64,000 nucleotides of DNA from Macrostomum lignano (GCA_002269645.1 NIVC01002775.1:62001-126000); one strand, 5' to 3'. Positions 49,120-61,685 are shown, counted from the first letter of the stretch. A program made the numbers and translations. The notes: generated from the sequence alone by a model not told the origin.

Positions 49120-51185
49120 CAGGGTGGCTCTTTTATGTTCTACATTGTGGCTCTTTTTTGTTCAACATGGTAACTCTTTTATGTTTGATACGGTGGCTTC
49201 CAATGTCTGACATGGTGGCTCTTCTATGTTTGACATGGTGGCTCTTCTATGTTTGACAAAGTGGCTCTTTAATGTTCGACATGGTGGCTCTTTAACGTTC
49301 GACATGGTGGTGCTTTAATGCTCAACATGGTGGCTCTTTATTGTTTGACATGGTGGCTCTTTAATGTTCTACATTGTGGCTCTTTAACGTTCGACAGGGT
49401 GGCTCTTTAATGTTTGACATGGAGTCATGTATGTGTTAGACATGGAGTCATGTATATATTTGGCATGGAGTCACATATATGCTTTACGTGGTGGCTCTTT
49501 AATGTTCGACATGGTGGCTCTTTAACGTTCAACATGGTGACACTTTAATGTCTGAAATGATGGCTCTTTAATGTTTGACATGGAGTCACGTATACGCTTG
49601 ACATGGTGACTCGTTAATGTTTGACATGGTGGCTCTTTAACGTTCGACATGGTGGCTCTTTAATGTTAGACATGGTGGCTCTTTAATGTTTTACATGGTG
49701 GCTCTTTTATGTTCGACATGGTGGCTCTTTAACGTTCAACATGGTGGCTCTTTAATGTTCGACATGGAGTCACATATATGTTGGACATGGTGGCTCTTTA
49801 ATGTTGCATGTTGGACATGGTGGCTCTTTAATGTTCGACTTGGAGTCACATATATGTTAGACATGGTGGCTCTTTAATGTTGGACATGGTGGCTTTTTAA
49901 TGTTCGACATGGTGACACTTTAATGTCTGAAATGATGGCTCTTTAATGTTTGACATGGAGTCACGTATACGCTTGACATGGTGACTCGTTAATGTTTGAC
50001 ATGGTGGCTCTTTAACGTTCGACATGGTGGCTCTTTAATGTTAGACATGGTGGCTCTTTAATGTTTTACATGGTGGCTCTTTTATGTTCGACATGGTGGC
50101 TCTTTAACGTTCGACATGGTGGCTCTTTAATGTTCGACATGGAGTCACATATATGTTGGACATGGTGGCTCTTTAATGTTGCATGTTGGACATGGTGGCT
50201 CTTTAATGTTAGACATGGTGGCTCTTTAAATTTTTTTCATGGTGGCTCTTAAATGTTTGACATGGTGGCTCTTTATTATTTGACATGGTGGCTCTTTAAT
50301 GTTTGACATGGTGGTTCTTTAATGTTCGACATGGTGGCTCTTTAATGTTCAACGTGGTGGCTCTTTAATGTTCGAAAAAGTGGCTCCTTTATGTTTGACA
50401 TGGTGGCTCTTTAATGTTTGACATTGTAGCTTTTAAATGTTCGACATGGTGGTTCTTTTACGTTTGACATGGTGGCTCTTAAATGTTTGACATTGTAGCT
50501 CTTAAATGTTCGACATGGTGGTTCTTTTACGTTTGACATGGTGGCTCTTTAATTTTCGACATGTTGGCTCTTTTATGTTTGACATGGTAGCTCTTTAATT
50601 TTCGACAAAGTGGCTCTTTAATGTTTGACATGGTGGCTCGTTAATGTTTGACATGGTAGCTCTTTAATTTTCGACATGTCGGCTCTTTTATGCTTGACAT
50701 GGTAGCTCTTTAATGTTCGACATGGTGGTTCTTTATTGTTAGACATGGTGGCTCTTTTATGTTTGACATGGTGGCTTTTTCACGTTCGACGTGGTGGCTC
50801 TTTAAAGTTTGACATGGTGGCTTTTTTATGTTTGACATGGTAGCTCTTTAATGTTTGACATGGTGGCTCTTTTAAGTATGACAAAGTGGCTCTTTAATTT
50901 TTGACATGGTGGCTCTTTAATGTTTGACATGGTGGCTCTTTAATGTTCGACATGGTGGTTCTTTTACGTTTGACATGGTGGCTCTTTAATGTTCAACATG
51001 TCGGTTCTTTTACGTTTGACATGGTGGCTCTTTTATGTTTGACATGGAGTCACGTATATATGTTTTACATGGAGTCACAAATATGTTTGACATGGTGGCT
51101 TTTTAATGCTTGACATGGTGGCTCGTTTATGTTTGGCATGGTGGCTCTTTAATGTTCGACATGGTGCCACTGATATTTTTGACAT
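49120..51185. repeat. 23-bp satellite (TTTGACATGGTGGCTCTTTAATG) inside Helitron A
   Basis: About 85 diverged units; an internal block of about 375 bp is duplicated (49530-49900 and 49905-50230). Confidence 0.93.
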
Positions 51186-51782
51186 TGTGCTTCTTTTATG
51201 TTTAGCAGTTTCATGTTTTCAAGGTGTTTTAATAAAAAAATTATTTTGCACTACTAAGATTCGAACCCAGGTCGCTACATTAGCATTCCAGTCTGTTCGC
51301 ATCTGGGCTATCTCTTTTCAATTGGAGTACATCAATTGTGGCCCTTATAATTCAATTCTTACAGCAAGTCAATTAGAGTAAAAAGTTATGACATAATCAA
51401 TTTCTCAGTCAGCCAGTATCAGTTTCAATTCAAGTTAGCAATATTGGTTACGCAATTTAAATCAAGTCGTGTGTGCATTTCTTCGGCACTGTTTTCTACT
51501 TGTTGTGATGCAATCTTTATCAGAATTGAAATTCAGCCAGTCAGTTTTTTCTCTAGCATTCTTACAATGCATTTCAAGTCGAAAATTTTGCTTGACCTTT
51601 GCAAAAAAGCATGTTTTTCGAATATTTAATCCCTTTAATATATAGCAATTTCTTAGCCAAGATGCATGTACCGTCCCAGGAGAATTTCTGATCGAATGGT
51701 GCAAGTTTGAAGAAAATCGGTTGAGCCATTTTTTCTGAAATCTATCGCATACCCACAGACAACTCATTTTTAGTATATAGGA

Positions 51783-54700
51783 CTAGCAATCTAGTGCGGC
51801 CCCCCTTCGGGGCGCCCAATAAGAAAGGAGCAAAAATAGTTCATGGAAAACAATAAAAAAACACATTTTCTTAAACACTAATTCCTTCTTCACATTTTAA
51901 AAATCACCTTATTCGTGTAAAATTGTCACGGACTAAGATGTTTGCAAAATTAAAAAATCACTTTTTCTCTAAAATTAACAAACAGTCAACAAAATATCGT
52001 TTCACTAAATAGAAAATATTCCCAAGACAGCAAGCAACCCCCTCCAAAAGTGAACAATCGCAGATAGCAAGCATCCTCTAATGCTCATAGCAAGAATCAC
52101 CACAGATAGCAAGCATCTGCAGATTAGCAAGCACCCCCCAGATATTATAGAAGCATCCACCCAGATAGCAAGCATCCACTCAGATAGCAAGCATCCACTC
52201 AGATAGCAAGCATTCTGCAGATATCAAGCACCCCCAGATATTATAGAAGCATCCTGCAGATAGCAAGCACCCCCCAGATATTATAGAAGCATCCACCCAG
52301 ATAGCAAGCATCCTGCAGATAGCAAGAATCCCTAAATAGCAAGCATCCTGCAGATAGCAAGAATCCCTGAATAGCAAGCATCCTGCAGATAGCAAGAATC
52401 CCTAAATAGCAAGCATCCTGCAGATAGCAAGAATCCCTGAATAGCAAGCATCCCTGGATAGAAAGAATCCCATGCATGTAGCCAGTACCCCCTCTCCCAA
52501 ATAGCAAGTATCCCCCCTCGAGAGCAAGCATCCACGAGACAGCAAGTAGCTAGTGCAAATGTTACTTCCGCTAATGCAATAATCGCTTTCTCAGGTTGTG
52601 CAACAATCCACGTCTCAGCGAGCGCAATAATCTCTTTTTTAGACAGCGCAGTAATCAGCTTCTCAGCTAGTGCAATAATCCTTAGTTTATTAATAGCAAT
52701 AATCCTTGATTAATCAAGTGCAATAATCCTTGGTTTATCAAGTGCAATAATCCTTGGTTTATCAAGTGCAGTAATCTTTGGCTTATCAAGTGCAATAATC
52801 CTTGGTTTATCAAGTGCAATAATCCTTTGTTTATCAAGTGCAATAATGCTTGGTTTATCAAGTGCAATAATCCTTGGTTTATTAAGTGCAATAATCCTTG
52901 GTTTATCAAGTGCAATAATCCTTGGTTTATCTAGCGCAGTAATCCTTGGCTTATCAGGTGCAATAATCCTTGGTTTATCAAGTGCAATATTTGTTTATCA
53001 AGTGCAATAATCCTTGGTTTATCAAGTGAAATAATCCTTGGTTTATCAAGTGCAATAATCCTTGGCTTATCAACTGCAATAATCCTTGGTTTATCAAGCG
53101 CAGTAATCTTTGGCCTATCAAGTGCAATAATCCTTGGTTTATCAAGTGCAGTAATCCTTGGCCTATCAAGTGCAATAATCCTTGGTTTATCAAGTGCAAT
53201 AATCCTTGGTTTATCAAGTGCAATAATCCTTGGTTTATCAAGTGCAATAATCCTTGGCTTATCAACTGCAATAATCCTTGGTTTATCAAGTGCAATAGTC
53301 CTTGGTTTATCAAGCGCAGTAATCCTTGGCCTATCAAGTGCAATAATCCTTGGCTTATCAAGTGCAATAATCCTTGGTTTATCAAGTGCAATAATCCTTG
53401 GTTTATCAAGTGCAGTAATCCTTGGCCTATCAAGTGCAATAATCCTTGGTTTGCCAAGAGCAATAATCCTTAGTTTATCGAGTGCAGTAATCCTTAGTTT
53501 TCCAAGTGCAGTAATCCTTGGTTTATTAAGAGCAATAATCCTTGGCTTATCGAGTGCAGTAATCCTTGGTTTGCCAAGAGCAATAATCCTTGGTTTATCA
53601 AGTGCAATAATCCTTGGTTTATCAAGTGCAGTAATCCTTGGCCTATCAAGTGCAATAATCCTTGGTTTGCCAAGAGCAATAATCCTTAGTTTATCGAGTG
53701 CAGTAATCCTTAGTTTTCCAAGTGCAGTAATCCTTGGTTTATTAAGAGCAATAATCCTTGGCTTATCGAGTGCAGTAATCCTTGGTTTGCCAAGAGCAAT
53801 AATCCTTGGTTTATCAAGTGCAATAATCCTTGGTTTATCAAGCGCAGTAATCTTTGGCCTATCAAGTGCAATAATCCTTGGTTTATCAAGTGCAATAATC
53901 CTTGGTTTATCAAGTGCAATAATCTTTGGTTTATCAGATGCAATAATCCTTGGCTTATCAACTGCAATAATCCTTGGTTTATCAAGCGCAGTAATCTTTG
54001 GCCTATCAAGTGCAATAATCCTTGGTTTATCAAGTGCAGTAATCCTTGGCCTATCAAGTGCAATAATCCTTGGTTTATCAAGTGCAATAGTCTTTGGTTT
54101 ATCGAGTGCAGTAATCCTTAGTTTTCCAAGTGCAGTAATCCTTGGTTTATTAAGAGCAATAATCCTTGGTTTATCGAGTGCAGTAGTCCTTGGTTTATTA
54201 ATATCAATAATCCTTGAATAATCCAGTGCATTAATCCTTGGCTTATCAAGTGCAACATTCTTTACTATCAAGTGCAATAATCCATGGCTTATCAAGTGCA
54301 ATAATCCTTGGCTTATCAAGTGCAATAATCCTTGGTTTATCAAGTGCAATAATCCTTTGTTTATCAAGTGCAATAATCCTTTGTTTATCAAGTGCAATAA
54401 TCCTTTGTTTATCAAGTGCAATAATCCTTGGTTTATCAAGCGCAGTAATCCTTGGCTTATCAAGTGCAATAATCCTTGGCTTATCAAGTGCAATAATCCT
54501 TGGTTTATCAAGCGCAGTAATCTTTGGCCTATCAAGTGCAATAGTCCTTGGTTTATCAAGTGCAGTAATCCTTGGTTTTCCAAGTGCAATAATCCTTGGC
54601 TTCTTGAGTGCAGTAATCCTTGGTTTGCCAAGAGCAATAGTCCTTGGTTTATCGAGTGCAGTAATCCTTGGTTTTCCAAGTGCAGTAATCCTTGGTTTAT

Positions 54701-55812
54701 TAATAGCAATAATCCTTGGCTTCTTGAGTGCAGTAATCCTTGGTTTTCCAAGTGCAGTAATCCTTGGTTTATTAATAGCAATAATCCTTGGCTTCTTGAG
54801 TGCAGTAATCCTTGGTTTGCCAAGAGCAATAGTCCTTGGTTTATCGAGTGCATTAATCCTTGGTTTTCCAAGTGCAATAATTCTTGGCTTCTTGAGTGCA
54901 GTAATCCTTGGTTTGCCAAGAGCAATAGTCCTTGGTTTATCGAGTGCAGTAATCCTTGGTTTTCCAAGTGCCGTAATCCTTGGTTTATTAATAGCAATAA
55001 TCCTTGATTAATCAAGTGCAGTAATCTTTGGTTTGCCAAGAGCAATAGTCCTTGGTTTATCGAGTGCAGTAGTCCTTGGTTTATTAATAGCAATAATCCT
55101 TGGCTTATCGAGTGCAGTAATCTAAGTGTTTTTATTTAGTCCTTTAATTTAATAAAACCTTTTAATAAAAAATTTTACACTACTACTTTTAAACTACTTA
55201 GATTCGAACCTAGGTCGCTGCATTAGCAGTCTGGTCTGTTCAGCTCTAGGCTAGCTCTCATCGAAGTTATCAGTGATGTTGTACCACTTATATAATTCAA
55301 CACTCACACCAAGTCAGGTAGAGTAAAAAGTCTCACGAAGCAGTTATGACATAATCAATTTCTTAGGCAAGTCAGTACCAGTGTCTATGAAAGTTTACAA
55401 TATGGTTACGTAATATAAATTCAGTACTGCGCTATGCTTTCACACTCAAAGCTGTGACGCAATTCAATTGAGTGTCAAATTCAGCCAGTACACAGACGAT
55501 AAATAAAGTGTATTGTGATGCAATCTATTTCAGAATCAGAATTCAACCAGTCAGTTTTTCTGCTAGCATTCTTACGATGCATTTCAAGTCGAAAGAGCTG
55601 CTTGACCTTTGCAAAAAAGCATGTTTTTCGAATATTTAATCCCTTTAGCATCAAGCAATTTCTTAGCCACGATGCATGTACTGTCACGGGAAAATTTCTG
55701 ATCGAACAGTGCAAGTTCGAAGAAAATCGGTTGAGCCGTTTTTGCTAAAATCGATCACACACACACACATACACAAACACACATACCGACAGACCATTTT
55801 TAGTATATAGGA
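51783..55812 (-). mobile_element. Non-autonomous Helitron-like element, unit B (diverged relative of unit A)
   Basis: Minus strand: host A|TCCTATATACTAAAAA at 55812; the 3' hairpin GCCCCGAAGGGG... is followed by CTAG at 51786-51783; 55130-55812 aligns with 51200-51782. Confidence 0.75.
52660..55120. repeat. 24-bp satellite (GCAATAATCCTTGGTTTATCAAGT) inside Helitron B
   Basis: About 100 units; source of the 720-aa repeat ORF. Confidence 0.95.
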
Positions 55813-56189
55813 TGTCTCTTAGTCTCTAATTCTTTGGCATCTGTGAAATTCAACCCGTATGTTTTTAGTATCAAAAAGACAATGTACAATAGTATATGAT
55901 TTTTATATGCCCCATATTCTCTCTCCTCTCTTCCCCATTTTTTCTTAAATTGCTCGCTCATACCTTTCAGTCTAGCCGCTAGCGGGAACGAGCCCTATGC
56001 AGGCCTGGTCCTGTTGTCTGCTATTGGTCTGTGCAAGGACTTGTAGATCTAGCAGGTTCTAGTTCTAGATCTCTAAGGTCTGTTTAATGATTAATGATTA
56101 ATAATAATGATTAATTATTATTCAATAATAATAATAATAATATAATGATAATAATTATTAGTGATTAAAGATTCAGTTTAATGTTACCA

Positions 56190-56717
56190 TGTTAGTTTCG
56201 GCCTAGTGAAAGAGGCTGCTAAAATGATTTTCGGCAAAGTGAAGTTTCGGCCTAGTGAAAGAGGCTGCTAAAATGATTTTCGGCAAAGTGAAGTTTCGGC
56301 CTAGTGAAAGAGGCTACATGCTAAAATGATTTTTCGGCGTAGTGAAGTTTCGTCCTTATGAAAGAGCGTGCTAGTCATTTCGGCCTAGTAAAGTTTCGGC
56401 CTAGTGAAAGAGGCTGCTAAAATGATTTTTGGCAAAGTGAAGTTTCGGCCTAGTGAAAGAGGCTACATGCTAAAATGATTTTTCGGCGTAGTGAAGTTTC
56501 GTCCTTATGAAAGAGCGTGCTATAGTCATTTCGGCAAAGTGAAGTTTCGTCCTTATGAAAGAGCGTGCTAGTCATTTCGGCCTAGTGAAGTTTCGGCCTA
56601 GTGAAAGAGGCTGCTAAAATGATTTTTCGGCAAAGTGAAGTTTCGGCCTAGTGAAGTTTCGGCCTTGTGAAGGAAGATGCTTTCGGCAAAGTTAAATTTC
56701 GGCCTAGTAAACCCCCC
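56190..56717 (-). mobile_element. Right arm of a GGGG-ended foldback/MITE family element (TTTCGGCCTAGTGAA subrepeats, CCCCCC end)
   Basis: Inverse of the 48059-48285 motifs; the end resembles 32560-32625. Confidence 0.6.
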
Positions 56718-57754
56718 GCCGAATAGAAGGGACGCTGCTGGGACTAAGATCGCATTGGCCATGCAGGGACAGAGAGGACTTCTGCAGGGGGTTCTTGCGC
56801 TGGCGAGCCTTTATACACTGCTGAATGCACTATTTCATTACCAAATTCCCAGAAGTACATTCACAAGTACACGTAACTGTACGCTTTTGGCACTAAATGT
56901 GTTAACGTGTCGACAGATAGCGATGATGTAGGCGTATTGTCACTTTCGGAGACCTTTAGACTAGCATTTAACTCATCTTAGCCGCTTAGCTGCCTGGGAC
57001 CGCGCGAAAGCACCAGTCTGGCACTTAATTTGCATGCTTATCATGATTTCTTAAATCGACTGATTGACTGGGAACTGTGCTCCTTCTGGTCCACCGTGAC
57101 CCCTGCCTCTAGATTTAGCTACTCATCTCAGCCGGCATTGCGAAAAAGAAAGAAAACGCTAAGTCTTTAACTTCCAGATTTAACTTTCTCACTTAATCCG
57201 CAATCCTAAACACCTTAAATTGAGTCAGAGCGAATGGCTACTTTTAGTATTAACTGACACTTCTGCCTCGAGTTTGACACACAAAAGCAAGTAATCAAAA
57301 GTGCAAATCCTATCAGACTACTTAGGAAGGGCGCACCCAGTTAAGCAGGTCAAGAAAGCCTCTCACCCGACCAATCAGAGGACCTAACTGCCGGTAGCCA
57401 AGAGATCCGCAGAGACCGAAGCGCTCGGATGGGATGCTGCTGCCGATCTTAACTGACGAGTGCCGCCGTTACTCTTCACTTGCCGGTTGCTGTTGAAGCT
57501 CTTTGTTCACGGCCGGGAGGTACTGGTGATGCCTCTCAATGGGAACTTAGCTGTTGAAGCCGAAACTGCCGTGGACCGGAGGCCGAAGAGGCAGCAGAAG
57601 CCGAAGGGGATTAGATTGGCAGGACCGGCCAAGGCCAAGGTCAGGGCGTGCCAGAAGGTAGGGGGATGCCGGGAACCTCGAACAGGCCTTTCCGAGCGCG
57701 GGTCGAGTTGACGCCTTTGATAACTTTCACGCGGCCGATTTGTTATAACGCACG

Positions 57755-57855
57755 ACGAATTTTCTGATTGGCTGAGAGCTTTTGTTAAAATAGACGCCGA
57801 ATTTTCTGATTGGTCGAGCCGGGGGCAGTCAGGTCGACTCTGATTGGCTGAGCTC
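57755..57855 (-). promoter_or_regulatory. Cluster of three CCAAT boxes (GCCAATCAG/ACCAATCAG) spaced about 40 bp apart
   Basis: CTGATTGG at about 57765, 57805 and 57841 on +; the spacing resembles NF-Y-dependent promoters and LTR U3 regions. Confidence 0.4.
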
Positions 57856-58114
57856 GAGACCCCAAAACCCACCCCATTAGGTGGCCTTCGGACCCCAGGG
57901 AAGCTGGCAGGTGCGGTCATAAATCATGTGCAAAACATAATAAAAGTCACTTGTCTAGACATCCTGGCGCCAAAAGTGACAGCAAAACGCCCATAAATCA
58001 AAGGCATTCCTCCCAGACTTAGTGTCGCCCGTCTAGACTGTTAGAGGTCAATCCGCCTCAGACCCAGACAGCCTGACCTTCAAAGATGCGTAAACAATCC
58101 AAAATTAGAATCCT

Positions 58115-58620
58115 AAGAGAAGCACATTGAGATTAGAGAAGAGAGGGGAGAAGATGAGAGGAGAAAGGAGAGGAGAGAAGAGAGAATGGAAAGGAGAGAG
58201 AAGAGAGAAGAGGGAGACAGGAGATGATAGAAAGGAGAGAAAAAAGATGGGATATAAGAAAGGAGAGGGTGAGAGCATATAGGAGATATGAAAAATAAAA
58301 GCAGAGAAAAGAGAGAAAAAGAAGAGAGAGAAATGGTAGAGGAGAGACGATAGATAAGAGAGTTTGAGAGTTGAGAGAGTACATGAGAGAGGAGAGAGGA
58401 GAGAAGAGGGGAGAGAGGAGACAGGAGAGAGTAGACACGAAGGACGAAGGAGAAGAGATAAATAAGGGAGTAGAGATGAGAGAGGAGAAAGGAGAGACTA
58501 GATATAAGATAGCAAAGAAGAGATAGCAGAGATGAGAGACTAGAGATGAGAGAGCAGATGAGAGAGGAGAGATAAGAGACTACACTGTAGAGATGAGTGG
58601 GCAAAGAGGAGAGCAAAAAG
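58115..58620 (+). repeat. Purine-rich (A/G) low-complexity tract
   Basis: Direct inspection. Confidence 0.9.
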
Positions 58621-58884
58621 GCTTTACAGAGGATTTGGAGATGATTTGGAAGATGGGATTTAAGTCATGGGGTTTCAGCTGATGGATTTCAGGGAATGGA
58701 ATTCCGGTGATGGGAGTTCTTCCCCTTTCTCCTCCGAAGGAGGCGTTCGACTCGTAATTAATAGTAATGTCATAAGTTAGTCTAGACGAGAGAATATAGA
58801 GAAAATCCTAAGCTAGCCTACTGACAGTAGGGGAAAGGCGCATCGAAGCAAAATGTGCGGTTTTTAATTTTTATCATCTAACAG

Positions 58885-59360
58885 CGATGTTAGAGTGGCG
58901 CTGATTTGAACTTCGTTTTTGTCTTAGTAGTTGTATACTTCGAACGAAATAGAGCAGTTATTTTTATCTTTATTACTAAATATTCCTTATTACCAACTCT
59001 ATATCGAGAAATACACAACGTTGTAAAGTGCATCCTTTATTTTGTATTTTTCATTTGGGGCGTTTGGAACACAGCAGATATGTTTGTGAATAAAATCGTC
59101 AAGTCAAAAACGGTGCTCGCTTGTCTCAGTCAGAAAGCTCCGTGCTTGTCTCCTGGCCCAACATGCTGTCTCTGTTCTCTAGGCTTGTATCTTTGGATGT
59201 CCTTTTTAAACTTAGTATGACAACAGCCATATTTTACAAATAGCTTCGTTCGTTATTATTAGCCGAATAATGCAAACAACTTTCTATACATGCTTCGGAC
59301 CAACTATTGATGTGTGACAATTATACTGTCATTGGGATTCGTAAGTGGCAACGCAACAGG
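58885..59360 (+). pseudogene. Third copy of the extreme 3' end and 3' UTR of the full-length SLC26 gene
   Basis: GAGTGGCGCTGATTTGAACTTCGTTTTTG... matches 34097 onward and 38555 onward. Confidence 0.8.
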
Positions 59361-59852
59361 CACTTTTTCAATTTAGCTTTCCATTGTTAAATAATATCTT
59401 CAATCTTATACTCAGCAACATTGAAGGGTCGCCACTCTATGAATTTCTCTTCAAGGACTATTCTGAAATCAAAGATGCGAGAAAACTGATCGGGGTCAGG
59501 TAGCTTTAATTCGCCAAGCCCTCGCACACCGCCCCCCCACTTTATTCCTCAACTCAAGTCTGCACTTTCTTACTCTACTTGAGCAATGAGCAATCGATCA
59601 CTGTATAATAACTATACTGTATTGTCTGGAAACAAGGGAGTTTGAGAATGCGATTTTTCGTCCTCAAACAAACATTAGTCCTTGAGTAAATCCCTGAATC
59701 GGAGCAAATTTTCGCTTTATTCATTCCAGCTTTATTCGCTTGTCACATGTCGAAATAGGAAAGTTTTCATAAATCTACAAACAACTGAAAACTGTTGCTC
59801 ACTGCTGTCGAGTTGTCAAACTCTATGCAGTGCTCTATGAGCCACAATAGTT

Positions 59853-61685
59853 TTATTTGCTTGTCCTGCCCGTCGGACCAATCATCATCGGGTACTTTGT
59901 CGCGGAATCGACTCCGCTGACGTCAACAGTGGCGCTGCTGCTGCCGTATTTGTTGTTAAAACTGACGCTGATCTTTGACCCTCGACGACGAGCATCTCGA
60001 GTATCGCCGTCTCCGGGCTGACCTTCACGCCGAGTAGCCATGCAGCGCGTGACCAGAATGCAAGCCAGCGAATAGCAGAATCCCACAGCCAGGCCGAGAG
60101 ACACGTCCAGCACGAGGACAGACACAGCGGTCAGTAGCCAAGTGCTCAAGTCCAGGTACTTGGCTTCACGCCACAGTTTAGGAATATCGGTCACTTGTTT
60201 GAACAACCCGACTAAGGACACGACAATAACGGAGGCCAGAGCGCAGTCGGGAACGGCTTCGAACAACGGGCCAACTGCTAGCACAACCAGTAGCAAGACG
60301 AGGCAGCTCACTGCTGATGCCACCTGCGACTTCATGCCCGCTCCGACCACCACAGCGCATCGAGCCAGCGCGCCAGTAGCGTAGAAGCACTGGAAGAAGC
60401 TGCCAAACAGACTGGACGTTCCCAGTACAAAAAGTTCTCCATTGTAATTAACTTCATAGTCAAACTGCAGGGCGTACATTTTCCCGATAGACAGGGACAT
60501 GGCCGCGCCGACTAAACTAACAGGCAGGCACGGGAGCAGGACGTTTGGCATGAAGGAGAAATCCGGTACTAGCGGTAGCGGCAAGCCTCTCGGGACGGTT
60601 CCGACTACGTCAACGCCGAAGCGCGACTGCAATTGCAACGCGTGCGACGCCACCAGCGCCGATAAAATGATGAGCAGTTCAACTGGCAGTGGAACTTTGA
60701 TGCACTTTTTGACGCGCGGATTCAGGTACTCTTTCATTAAGTAGAGCGGCACCATGCACGCAACGGAGGTGATTACGGTTGCCCAGTTAGTCGACGCGAT
60801 GTCGTTAATTATTCCGGTGTAGCTGGCAATCAGTTTAACAAAGTTGTCGCCACCAGTTGGCTGAACGCCCAGCAGCATCGGCACCTGGCTGGTGAAGATG
60901 TGAACAGCTGCGGCTGTTGTAAAGCCGCGAAGCATCGGGTTGGAGACGTACTTCATCACAAAGCCGAGCTGCAAGGTGCCAAGCGCCATGTTGATTACTG
61001 ATGCCGCAAAACTGCCTAAAACGGCGACTTGAAGTCTAGCGTATTCTTCCACGGTGAGTCCTCCGTAGTACTCATCGGAGTCGCTCGAACAGTCGGCATT
61101 TAGATTGATCTCATCAACCTCTGAGTATAAAGAGCAATTACTTATGGTGCTGTTAGAGCCCGGAAGCTGGTCCATGTACTGACGATAGGTCGTCCCGATC
61201 ATGTCCGCTAGCAGCAGCGACGTCAGCGAGAAAGTGCCTAGCGATAAGTGACGTGACCTCCCTAGCAGAGAGTAGAGAGCCACGGGTATCAGCGAAGTGT
61301 ACAGGCCGTTGATGGGTCTTAGACCGGCCAGTAAGCCATAGGCCAGGCCTTGTGGTATGTGAAAGACGCTCATTGTTAACCCGGCGAGCAGGTCCGACAC
61401 CAGAGCTTTGCTTGAGTAGCTTCCGCCAGAGATCAGGGAATATAACGGGAACAACAGCTGGAACAAGCTCCCGGCTCGGTGCTTCAGCGCTACCATCGTT
61501 GGCTCGCTGCAGCATGAGTTGCAGCAATTACTGCAGCGACCGCGAAACAGCTTCTTACCGAGCAGGCCTCGTCGTCTCGTTGTTGAAGATCCGTACACAT
61601 GGTGCAAATCGTCCGACAACAATGGAACTGTTTCCGATCGAGTGCTCTCCAACAGGTCAGCCTCTGATTCAGTTGCCGTTGTCAT
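59853..61685 (-). CDS. Intronless SLC26-family transporter lacking the STAS domain (copy 2), 610 aa
   Basis: Collinear paralog of 35859-37694 with canonical QGLAYGLLAG and GRSRHLSLG motifs; same STAS-less tail ending ...GRTSK*. Confidence 0.9.
   Translation of the reverse strand: MTTATESEADLLESTRSETVPLLSDDLHHVYGSSTTRRRGLLGKKLFRGRCSNCCNSCCSEPTMVALKHRAGSLFQLLFPLYSLISGGSYSSKALVSDLLAGLTMSVFHIPQGLAYGLLAGLRPINGLYTSLIPVALYSLLGRSRHLSLGTFSLTSLLLADMIGTTYRQYMDQLPGSNSTISNCSLYSEVDEINLNADCSSDSDEYYGGLTVEEYARLQVAVLGSFAASVINMALGTLQLGFVMKYVSNPMLRGFTTAAAVHIFTSQVPMLLGVQPTGGDNFVKLIASYTGIINDIASTNWATVITSVACMVPLYLMKEYLNPRVKKCIKVPLPVELLIILSALVASHALQLQSRFGVDVVGTVPRGLPLPLVPDFSFMPNVLLPCLPVSLVGAAMSLSIGKMYALQFDYEVNYNGELFVLGTSSLFGSFFQCFYATGALARCAVVVGAGMKSQVASAVSCLVLLLVVLAVGPLFEAVPDCALASVIVVSLVGLFKQVTDIPKLWREAKYLDLSTWLLTAVSVLVLDVSLGLAVGFCYSLACILVTRCMATRREGQPGDGDTRDARRRGSKISVSFNNKYGSSSATVDVSGVDSATKYPMMIGPTGRTSK

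Larger units (their letters stand above)
48604..51782 (-). mobile_element. Non-autonomous Helitron-like element, unit A
   Basis: Minus strand begins TCCTATATACTAAAAA and ends with the GC hairpin CCCCCAACGGGGGG, about 8 nt, then CTAG followed by host T. Confidence 0.75.

Noticed and set aside
51250-51314. Functional tRNA-Ser gene
   Set aside because: The acceptor and D stems do not pair and the variable arm is missing; kept only as a tRNA-derived module.
52931-55093. 720-aa ORF with LRR-like periodicity (LDKPRIIA / LLHLINQG)
   Set aside because: 24-bp satellite inside a Helitron; open in multiple frames because the unit is a stop-poor multiple of three.
48059-56717. One 8.6-kb foldback element enclosing the Helitron dimer
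   Set aside because: The arms are related and face each other, but the flanks (CAGGTT versus GCCGAA) show no target-site duplication, so a single insertion is not supported.
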